This document shows, piece after piece, positions 34,445 to 45,018 of a stretch of 64,000 bases of DNA (within the stretch, counting starts at the first letter, position 1; every line of letters starts with the position of its first letter). Source of the stretch: Rebecca billardiae RCC1528 (Eukaryota; Protista; Haptophyta); NCBI GenBank assembly GCA_965240325.2, contig OZ251233.1:310001-374000 (forward strand), given 5' to 3'. The notes under the pieces are model-generated. The model saw nothing but the letters and a program-made list of their open reading frames with translations, was not told where the DNA came from and ran no database searches. Position numbers and translations under genes: made by a program.

Positions 34445-37211
34445 ATGCCGACACGCCGACGCCTCGTCGTCTGCTGCCTCGTCCTCGCCGCGGTGGCGGC
34501 GGCAGCGCCGCCGCTCTGCCTGCGCGGGCACGGCTCGCTCGCGCTCTCGCTCCGCCCCGAGCACTCCCCCCTCGGCTACTGCCACCCGCTGCTCGCCTGC
34601 CCGGAGCGCGTGCCTCTCGCCTTCCTCGAGAACCCGCGCTCCGGCTGCACCTCGGTGAAGCGCATGATCGCGGAGGAGCTGGAGGGGCAGACGTGGGTCG
34701 CGCACGGGAAGACGCGGCTCCGCTGCTGCGCCGACGCCTCCCCCGAGGCGCCGCGCCGGCTGCACCTCCTCGTCGTGCGCAACCCGTTCCTCAAGGCGGT
34801 CTCGACGTTCATGCACCCGCGCCACACCTTCTGCGGCGGCTGGTGCGTCGCGGCGTTCAACGCGTCGACGGTGGCGCGCTTCACGGACTGGTTCGTGCAC
34901 GCGGCGGCGCACACGCCCGACGACGCCGCGGACACGACCAACCACTTCAAGTCGCAGCTCGGCCACCTCGCCGCCGCAGCGGCCGGCGGCAGGCCACGCG
35001 GCACGGGCGCGCGGCCAGACGGCCATCGGTATGCGCCGCAGGCGTTCTTCATCGCGAGGCTCGAGTCGCTCGGCGCGGACTGGGCGGCGCTCAACGCGGA
35101 GCTGTGCAGCTGCTACGCGCACTGCGAACCCGTGCCGCTCCCGCCGCGCGACAATGCGCGCGCCGCGCCCGGCGGCGCATCGCTCCGCGCCGAGTGGCAG
35201 CGCTCGCTTCGACTTGTCTTCTCAGAGCCGCGCGCCGTGAGGGCCATCGCGCAGCGGTGCGGGCGGGCGGCCGGCTCGCGAGCGCGCGCGCGCACGCCGC
35301 TCGCGCGCGCCGACACGCGACGCCCCGGCCGCCGCTCGGAGTCTCGCGCGCTCACGCGCTCGTGCGAGCCGACCTGCGCGCATGCACTCACGCGCACGCG
35401 CGCGCGCACGCCCGCGCGGGCGCGTGCGCACACGCCTTTGCGCCCGCAGGTACGAGGTGGACTTCGCCGCGCTGGGCTACTCGCCCTCTGCGCCGCGCGC
35501 GCGCGCGCTCAGCGGCGTGCCCAACCACATCCTGCCGGTGGGGCCTTTCGCCGAGCCGATGGCCGCCGTGCACGGCGCGTGGCTGCAGGCGGGCGGCGGC
35601 GCGCCCTCGGCTCTGCCGGCCGAGGCGGAGGCGGAGGCGGAGGCGGAGGCGGAGGCGGAGGCGAGCGCGCCGCCCGACACGTGCCCCGCGCTCGACGCCG
35701 AGGCGCTTGCAGAGGCGCTGGGCGCGAGCGCGGCCCCCAGGCCGCGCTCGCTCGGGCCGCTCGCCGCCGCGCTCTCAGGCGCGCTCGAGCGCATGCAGTG
35801 GCCACCGACCGCGCACCCGGCCGGGGGCGGACTCGCCGAGCCGCCGTGCGCGGGGCGGCCGCTGCTCGTGAAGGAGCCGCTGGCGCATCACCTCTCGAAG
35901 CCCAAGGCTGACTTCAGCCTGGACTCGGAGATGTCGCACGTGGCGCAGGCGCTGGCCGTCGCGCTCTACACCGGCGGCGGCGCGAGCGTCGTCTTCGCGC
36001 CCTCGCCGCTGCCGCCAGTGCTGCAGCTCAACTCGAGTCAGGCCGGCGGCGCGCGACGCGGCGCGGACGGCGAGGGTGCGGGCGAGGAGGAGGGTGGCGG
36101 CCGGCGCGACATGCCGCCACGTGGCGGGGGCGGCGTGCGCGAGGCCGAGGCGCGCGGCACCGGCGGCGCGGTCGTCGGCCGTTCGGCCGACGGCGTGGGC
36201 GGCGCGGCGTGCGCCCCGGACGGCTCGGTGGCTGAGGCGGATCTCACGGCGCGCGCGGCAGGCCTCCACTGCCTCCTCCGACCCATCTCCGCGTGCGCCG
36301 TGGGCCGTGACGCGTACCTGGACGCGGCGGTGTGGACGCCGCGCACGCACGGCTGGAGCCTCAACGCGACGCTGCGCTACCCGTACGTCCAGGCCCAACC
36401 GGCCGAGCTGGTGGCGGCCTGGCTCGGCGCGCACTCGCCGCCGCTCGCGCTGCCGACCAGCGGCGGGGGCGGCACGTCGGAGGGGCCACTGGCGGCCGCG
36501 GCGGCGGAGGGCACGCAGTGGGCGGTGGCGACGCTGCTGGCGCTGGCCCTCAGGCCGCAGCCGGCCGCGCTCGCCGCGGCCGAGCCGCCGCTCGATCTCC
36601 GAGCCGTGGCGGCGGCGGCCGCCGCCGCGGGCAGCCCCACCGTCGCCGTGCACTGGGGCCCAGTGAGCGTGCTCAACAAGGGGCCGACCGTGCGGCTGGG
36701 CAAGCGCGATCACGCGGTGCCTCGCGACCTCGACCCTGCCGAGATGGTGCGCGCGGCGCTCGACGTCGCGGCGACGGCGGCGGCGGAGCGAGGGGAGTCC
36801 GCGGCAGCGCTGCCGCCCGTCACGCTCGTGCTGCTCTCGCGTGACGAGGACAAGCCGGGCGGCATCGGCCTCGCCGACGCGATGCGTTGGGCGGGCGGCG
36901 CGCGCGTGCGCGAGGTGGTCGACGTGTTCCAAGGCATGGCGCAGAGCGAGCGCTCGACGGTGCGCGTCCAGCTCGCGAGCGTGCTCGCGAGCGTGCGGTG
37001 CTGCGAGCTGCTCGTCGGCGTGTACGCGCAGGGGCAGCATCGGATGGCGTACTCGATGCACACTGCGCTGCACTGGCACAAGCGGAGCGCGGCGCGCGCG
37101 CGCGGCTGCCTGCTCGCGGTCCCGGCCGGCCGCGACACACGACTACCTGGTGGCAGTGCTGCGAGCAACGAGGTCTTGCAGTGCGAACCAGAGCCACAGC
37201 ATGCGGTATGA
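34445..37211 (+). CDS. Secreted or Golgi sulfotransferase (Sulfotransfer_2-like) with a long C-terminal domain; exons 34445-35256 and 35450-37211
   Basis: N-terminal hydrophobic segment; NPRSGCTS (5'-PSB-like), VVRNPFLKAVSTF (3'-PB-like), HFKSQ, FIARLESLGADW, and after splicing RYEVDFAALGY. GT-AG intron at 35257-35449. Confidence 0.75.
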
Positions 37212-38489
37212 CGCGTGCGATTGCTTTGTTTGGGCGACGGTGCGGCGTGACCTCTGCTCGCGTCGTCGTCCGGGCCGGCGGACGATAGTCGATACCTGCC
37301 ACCGTGAGCCTTATTACGCAGCACGTTATTCGTTATTAAAACAAATAATATATATATATTATAATAAACTGATGTATTACGTCGATCATGCATCATTATA
37401 CTCATCTGAGTGACTATCGCGATTCGCGTCGCGGGCATCATCGTAGATAATAACAGATATGGCCGCCTAAGCGCAGCCTGCTGCTCGCTGCTATTCGCCA
37501 TATTCGGGCTCGGCACTGGGACTGGCTCGGGTCCCGGCAGTTACTGATTAAAATTATAATAATAAGGACAGCGCCTAATAATGCTACAGTTGCTACTTAT
37601 ATTATTATTATATTATTAAAATCAATACATCATCAATTAGTACGAATTATAATATTAATTGCTTATATTCTGAATCACCGTGACTCAGGCGCCTGTCTGA
37701 GGCGGCGTGAGCCGACAGTGAGTGAGCCGTGCTGCCGTGCCGCGCTGACTGCGAGCGCGCACTACGACGCACTTTAAGACTCATCTGCGCCTGATATCAC
37801 TCTTATGCACTCTGCCTCAGTGCACCGCGGTGCCCATCTGAGTACGCGCCTACGGCATAGTGTAATTGTCCAACTCAAACTTAGATTGATCGCCCGGCCG
37901 AGTGATAACGCAATCAAGTATCAACCCGGCAGCGTTGGGGTCAGAGCCTGCTCACTGCTGGCTGCGGTCCTCACTCAAACTGGCCCTCAGGGCCACGAGG
38001 ACCATGTCCAATGACGCAGGAGGATGGTGCCCGGCTGCCGGACGGCCGATCGTCAGCCGTGGCAGGGCAGTCCGGGGTGGGCTGCTGCAGCGGGCGGGGC
38101 AGAGGTCCGTCGCCGCATCTGGCCGCCACGACGCGTCCACGCCGCTGCCACACTCTGGAGCGAGCGCCCGGGCACTAAGCGCATGAGGCACGCGCGGCCT
38201 GGTGCCAGACACCCAACGCCGGTCGGCCTCGCCGCCTGGCAAGTGAGTGGCTTGAATGTGCCGGCGTGAACAAGCCAGTGGCAGTGGCGCCGCCATCGTG
38301 CGATGCCTTGATGATGAGAGGCGGGCAGGCGGCCCCTCCGCCTGGCTGCTTCGCGCTTTGGCAGAGGGCGGTTTCGGTTTTGCCGCGAGCCGCCCCCATT
38401 GTGCCCGGGCGGCAGCTCCGCCGCACGACCCCCGGCGGCCTGCGCGGCGCGACCGGAGAGACCCGGGCGTCGCGTCGCGGCGCGGCACG

Positions 38490-39182
38490 ATGGACGACCC
38501 GTACGATCTCGATGACGACCCGACGGCCGCCAACCCGACGCTCCACGCCAAGATGTCGACCAAGCGCGCCGAGCAAGATATCAGCTTGCTCAAGAACCGA
38601 ATCCGCATGCTTCGCTCCGAGGAGGCCAAGGCGAAGGCCAAAGTGGCGGAGACGAAGCGGCGGCAGGACGAGATCATCACGCTGCGCCAGCGTAACGAGG
38701 AGCTCGCGGCGCGGCGCGAGCAGCAGCGCCGCGAGGAAGAGGAGCGCCTCCGGCGCGAGCGCGAGGCGCGCATGGCGCACAAGCACGAGAGCAGGCTCGC
38801 CATCAAGCAGCGGCTGGACGAGCTGTACACGCAGCGGCGCGAGGAGGCGCTGAAGACGCGGGATGAGGCGATGCAGAACGAGCGGCTCTTGCGCAGCCAG
38901 CGCGAGCAGATGGTCTCCCGCGCCAAGGCGCGCCGCGCCACCATCCAGGAGCAGCACAAGCGCGTGCAGCACATCTTTGGCAAGCAGCGCCAGCAGTCGC
39001 AGCAGGAGCTCATACAAAACTTCCTGCAGCAGATCGAGGAGGAGGAGGCGCGCCGCGATGAGATCGAGCGCGAGATCGCCGAGATGGAGAAGGACGAGCT
39101 TGTGCAGATCCAGAAGCTCCGCCTGCTGCAGGAGGAGCAGCGCCAAAGTTACGACGAGCTCGAGTTTGCGCTTGGGCAGTAG
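38490..39182 (+). CDS. Coiled-coil protein of unknown function (230 aa)
   Basis: Intronless E/K/R/Q-rich helical ORF with strong coding bias. KRAEQDISLLKNRIRML..EE.KA..K..ETK resembles hypothetical proteins of flagellated protists (recollection, unverified). Confidence 0.8.
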   Translation: MDDPYDLDDDPTAANPTLHAKMSTKRAEQDISLLKNRIRMLRSEEAKAKAKVAETKRRQDEIITLRQRNEELAARREQQRREEEERLRREREARMAHKHESRLAIKQRLDELYTQRREEALKTRDEAMQNERLLRSQREQMVSRAKARRATIQEQHKRVQHIFGKQRQQSQQELIQNFLQQIEEEEARRDEIEREIAEMEKDELVQIQKLRLLQEEQRQSYDELEFALGQ

Positions 39183-39641
39183 TAATTAGTGATGTATGAT
39201 GATGAGCAGCCAGTCTCAAGTAGTGAATCCCCGCGCCGAGCAAATATACATTCTGTCCGCGGAGTGATGACGACACGATGCGCTGATATGTGTAGTCGTA
39301 ATAATAAAGCATGTGCAGCAGGCCGGTCCCGGGGCCGGTGGCGACCCGCCGCGGACCGGCGGGACGGGGCCCGCGCCCGCCGCGCTATATATCAGATTTA
39401 ATAGTATATATATATAGTCGCGTTTATTATAATAAATATCATACAGCAGGCGCGAGCTGCGACGACTCGGAGTCTGTCTGAGTCACACTAAGAGTAAGAC
39501 TAACGACTGTTACTCAGTCTAACTCAGCACTAGAGGCTTGGCTTCGGAGTCGTGACGATGATACGGGCTCGGCTACGGCAGCTCGGCGGGCACGGCAGTC
39601 GATCGTCAACATGCACTCGTCACTATACCTGTCGTCGTCGC

Positions 39642-39823
39642 CTACAGATGGAAGAGGCGGTTGGCCTGCCGGATCAGCCAGTCCGAGTCCTCTGGGGGCG
39701 CTGCTGCTGCTCCGATGCGCGCGGGCGCGCTCTGCGTCGGAGGCAGCGGCGGCGCGGCGGCGACGGGCACGTGGGGCGCCGCCGGGCCCGTCGGTGCGTG
39801 CGCGTGCACGACAGGCGCAGCTG

Positions 39824-39864
<41 letters not shown>

Positions 39865-40087
39865 ACCGGCGGCAGCGCGAGTGGCCCGCCCGCCCCCGCC
39901 GCGGCGCCCGCGTGCGCCCTCGCCAGCTTCCCGCGCACCCACTGGCCGAGCGGCGGGCCCACAAACAAGTCGAGGCCGAGGGCGTCCACGCCCACGTCCG
40001 CGGGCGCGGCCGGGTGGGGCGCGGACGGCGGCGCGGCGTGGGCAGGCGGCGGCGGCGCGGCGGCGCTCGGCTCGGCGACAGCCGAGC

Positions 40088-40122
<35 letters not shown>

Positions 40123-43100
40123 TGCGCCTCAGCCTGCTGCACGTACGCGCGCGCCTGCGCGACCAGCGCCCACACGGTGTGCGCGCCGCGCGCGTCCGCG
40201 CCGCCGCCGGCCTCGCTCTCGCCGCTGGCGTCCGCGGCCGCGCCCTCGTCCGCACCGCCCAGCGCCGCGCCGTCCGCGCCGCGCGGCTGCGCCGGCAGCT
40301 CCGCAGCCGCCGGCACGAGCGAGTCCCACGCCCACGCCGCCTCCCTGACGAACGCCAGCGCGGCCTCGAGCGCGGCGATGCGGCCGTGCGCCGTGTCCAA
40401 CTCCTGCCGCAGCCCAGCGTTCACGGCGGCGAGCGCGCGGCGCGGCGTGCTGCCCGCGCGCGCGTGCAGCGCGCTCGACGCCGCGGCGCGCCAGTCCCCG
40501 GCGCGCCACGCGGCCGCGCGAGAGCTCGCCACCGTGCCGGTCGTCGACAGCCGCGCGCCCGTCGCACGCGTCGTCGCGACCGAGAGCCGGCGCACGGGCC
40601 GGCCGGGCGCGGCGCCCGGCGCGCGCTCGCGGCCGCCGCCGCGGCCGCAGCCAGCCGGTGCCTCGTCGTCGTCGTCGTCGTCGTCGACGCCGCCGCCGAG
40701 CACCTCGGTGAGCACGGCGGCGACGGCCGCGGAGGGCCGGGCCGCCGCGGCAGCCGAGCCGCTCGCCGCCGGCGTCGCCGCCCACGCGGGCGCGAGCCAG
40801 CCCAGCGCCGCCGGGTGCGCGCGGCGGCGGCGCGCTGCGGCCGCGAGCGCGGCGCTCACGCGCGGCGCGGCGCGCTCAGCCATGAGCCGCGCGGCAATCA
40901 CCACCGCACTCTCCGCCTCCGACTCGGCGGCGGCGATCTCGACGGCGAGGGCGCACGCCTCTGCGTGGAGTCGGGTCACCGTCTCCGCGCGCGCGCCGCC
41001 CTCCGCCTCGAAGCCGCCCTCGCCAGCGCCCCCACCGAGGCCGCCCTCGGCGGCAGCAGCGGCGGCGGCGGCGCGCACCGCGCGCGCGCCGGCGGCCGCG
41101 CCGTCCGCGCCGCCGTCCGCGGCCGCGTCGGCCCCGCCCCACGGCGCGTCCGCGCCGCCGTGGCTGCTGCGCCGCGCCGCGCGCTCGGTCGCAGCGTCCG
41201 TGAGCGCAGAGTCGCCGTCGTCCGAGCAGCGGCCGCGCGCGCCGCCACCGGCCGCGGCGGCAGCGACCAGCTCGAGGCCGGCGCCGCCGTTGCGCGCGCT
41301 CGCGCCGCCGTGCGCCGCGGCCGAGCGCGCACAGCCGTTGCCGTGCGCTGCGCCGGCGGTGGCGTGCTGCTCGCTGCCGAACGAGCCGCCGGCCGCGCCG
41401 CCGTCCGCGTCGCCGCACGAGCTTCGCGAGCGCGAGCCGCCGTCGCCCTCGCTCCCGGCCCACGCCTCCGCCGCGCGCGCCGCCTCGAGCGCGGCCGCGT
41501 GCGCCTCGTCCGCGCCCGCCGCTGCCGCCCTCATCGCACGCTTCCAGCGCTCAAAGTCGGCCTGCAGAGCGCAGCACGCGCACGGGGGGCGGGGCGCGTG
41601 GGGCGCCGGGCGCGCGGCGTGTGTGCGCGCGCGGCCCGCCCGCGCGCGCGTGCGGCGCGGGCCCGGCGCTCGCGGGCGGCGGCGCGCGGCGGCGCGCGCG
41701 CTCGCACCTGCGAGTGCGCGCTGAGCTGGTGCACCTCCTCGCCGCCCGCGTGCGCGGCCCTGAGCTCCCAGGCCCACGCAGGCGCGCCGCTCAGCTTCGT
41801 CCCGCGCGGGTGCAGCGTCGCCTTCCGCACGCTGCCCAGCTGCAGGCAGCACAGCGGCGTGCGCGCCGTGTGTGCGCTGAACAGCAGCAGGCAACCACCG
41901 CTCGTGAGCGCCGCCCAGCGCGTGTGCGCGGCGCGCGCGGCGCGCGCGGCGGCGCCGACGCCGGCGGAAGGGGCGGCGGTCGCGGCGGCGGTGGCGAGCG
42001 CGCCGAGCGCCGCGCCGGACACGCAGCGGTGCTCCAGGTACCCCGACGTCACGAGCTGCTGCGAGCACACCGCCACGGGCTCGGCCAGCGCGGTGCCAGC
42101 GCACGCGGCGCGCAGCAGAGCGCACGTCTGTGCGCGCAGCCGCGCGCTCGGCGCGCGCAGGTAGAGCGGCGGCGCGTCGGGCGGCGCGAGGACGAAGGCG
42201 GTGTCGCCGCCGTCCGCGCGCCCCGCCCCGCCCCCGCCGGCGTCGAGCACGCCCGTCGCGCGCCTGTGGTGCGCCTCCGTCAGCGCCGCCACCGTCGTGC
42301 CGTCGCCGAGCGTCGCGGCGGCTCTGAACGCGCCGCCCGCCCAGAGCAGCGCCACGCCGGTGAGCGGCTCGATCTCGAGGACGAGATTCACGCCGTCGCA
42401 CAGCTGCGGCTTGGTCGCGCCCACCAGCGCGGGGGTGTGCGCGGCGCCGCGCGCGCGCGCGCGCGAGCCCGCCGCGCGCGAGCCGCGCGCCGCGCCGCCG
42501 TGCGCCGCGGCCGCGGCCGCGGCCGCCGCGCCGCCGCCGAGCAGCAAGCCGGCGCCGCCGCCGTGCGCGGCCACGCCTCCGGCGCCGGCGCCGGCGCCGG
42601 CGCCGCCGTAGCCGCCGCCGCCAAAGACGGGCAGGAAGCACAGCCCGCGCCGCAGCCTGAGCTCCAGCGGCGCGTCCGCCGCCGCGCGCGACGGCGCTGC
42701 GGCGATCTCCTTGGCAAGGCGCAGCAGCCGCCACTCCGCGTGCAGCGCGCTCTGCAGCAGCGCGCTGTGCTCCTGCCCCGCGGCCTTGAAGCTGCTGCTG
42801 TCGCCGAGGGCGAGGCCGCCCACGCCCACGCTCATGCCGCGGCCCGCTGCCGCCGCCGCCGCACCGGCCCCGCCGCCGCCCGCGCCGCCCGCGCCGGCGA
42901 GCGACGACGCGGACGTTTGCGGCGTGGGCGTGGGCGTGCGCGGAGGGGCCGCCCACGCGCACGGCCCGCCCCCGCCGCCCCCGCCGCCGCCCATGCCGCC
43001 GCAGAGCGAGCGCGCGTCGGCTGCTCGGCCCGGCTGCGCGCCGCGCGCGTGCCCGCCCGCGGCCACCGTGCCACGGCCACCGCCCGCCACGCTGCGCGCC

Positions 43101-43322
43101 ACGCCGACGGGCTGGGCCGCGGCAGTGGCGGCCGCCCCCGCGCCGCGCGCCGCCTCCGTCTGCGCGGACACGGCCGAGCTGCGACGCAGGGCGCGCGCAG
43201 CGTCGCGGAGCCGCGCGCCGATCACGCTGCGCGTGTCGTCCGCGTCGGCCGAGGCGGCGCGGCCGGCGTGCACGGGCAGCGAGCCGAGCGTGGACGAGCG
43301 CTCGAGCCCGCGCGCCGAGCCC

Positions 43323-43359
<37 letters not shown>

Positions 43360-44672
43360 GCAGCACGGCGCTCTCCCGCGCCTGCGCGCGCGCCAGCAGC
43401 ACTCGGAGGCGTACCTCGACGGAGCCCGAGGCTTCGATGGCGGCGAGCTCGGCGCAGAGGAGCCGCACGTGCGCGCGCGCGCGCGCGCGCTCGGCGGCGT
43501 GCGCGCGCGCCACGGATGCGGCCACGGCGCGCGCGGCGCTGCCGGCGCCGCGCTGTGAGCTGCCATCAGCATCTGCGTGCGCGCCGTGCGCGCCACTCGA
43601 CAGCGTGCGCGGCAGCTCGGGCGGTGCGCCCCAGAGCTGCCGGCCGCTGGCAATCGCCTCGCTGAACGCGGAGACCCACCGCTGCTTGTCCGCCTGCGCG
43701 CCGGCGCGCGGCGCGCCGGCGTGCGCCGGCGTACGCGCGGACGCGCGGCGCGAGTCAGCGGCGCGGCGCGGCGCGGCGCGGCGCGCGAGCACGCGGCGCG
43801 CGAGCGCGCGCGGAGGCACGAGCGCCGCGCGCGCGCACCATGCCGCGCGCGGCGAAGCGGTGGATCAGCGTGCCCCCGTCGGGCAGGCCTGCCTGCATGC
43901 CGTCCACCGCCGCCGCCGCCGCGCCGCCGCCGCCGCCGCCGTCGCCGTCGGGCGCGCCGCCCGAGCCGCGCCGCCGCGCCGCCGCCGCGCCCTTGGCGGG
44001 CGACTCGCCCTCGTCGGCGAGCAGCATGGTGGCGAAGGCGGCGGCGCTGCCGCCGTCCATGTCCGCGGGCACGCCGGCGGCGCAGCCCGCCTCCTCCGAC
44101 CCCGCCGCGCCCGCGCCCGCGCCGCCCGCCGCGCCGCCGGGCGCGGGCGGCACGTTGGGCGCGGCGTACGCGGGCGGTGGCGCGGCGCACAGCTCGAGGA
44201 CAAACGATTCGAGCTGGGGCTGGACGAGGCCGACGGCGTCGAGCCAGTGCACGTGCGCGGGGCAGCGCGCGGCCTTGTCGTGCGAGATGTACAGCCGGCC
44301 GCTCACCAGCACGAGCCACGCCTTGGACCAGATCAGCGAGCCCTCGAGCATCAGCTCGCCCGCGTGCCACACGCGCTCCGCGTGCGCGCTCAGCGGCTCG
44401 GCGGTGCACGCGGCGCGGATGAGCGCGCACGTGGCGGTGCAGTGGCGGTGCGTGTCCGCGTGCAGCACGAGCGGCTCGCGCCCGGCGAAGAGCACGCACA
44501 GCTGCGGGCGTGTGTGGCCGGCCGGCGCGTGCGATTCGCACGCGGTCACGACGTCCGCGAGGCTGTACTCGCGCCACGGGTGCTCGCGGCGCCAGAGGCG
44601 GAGGACGCCGGCGGGCGGGTCGATCTGCAGCAGCAGCGGCGCGTCGTCCTCGTCGAGTACGGGCAGGAACAT
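39642..44672 (-). CDS. Large multi-PH-domain protein; exons 44672-43839, 43693-41708 and 41561-39642
   Basis: PH-like segments (AGELMLEGSLIWSKAWLVLVSGRLYI...ADKQRWVSAF; SGYLEH...TRWAALTSGGCLLLF...ADFERWKRAM) are joined by GT-AG introns 43694-43838 and 41562-41707. The C-terminus is coiled-coil, poly-P and poly-Q. Confidence 0.72.
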
Positions 44673-45018
44673 GTCGCGCGCGCGCGCAGTCCCGCCCCGC
44701 GCGTGCACCCAACGGCTCGCTGGCCAGGCTGGCGGACCTACGCCATGGCTGCCCGGCGCGCCGCGCTCATTGGCCCACGGCTTTGCTGCTCCCGTTTTGG
44801 GGATGGCGCCCTACAATAGTCCGGATAACGGCGGCGGCCCCCCGGAATCTCGGGGCGTGCGACCGTGCAGATCGCCCCGCCACCCTCCGCAGTGGTGAGC
44901 AGCGGGAGAGCTCCACGCCTTGAGTAGGGACAGAGGGAGGCTCCGCCGCCGTGGTGCGGCGGTCAGGCGAGGCGCCCGCGACCGACAGAGGCGAGCAGGT
45001 CGCGGCGCGGCGGACGGG

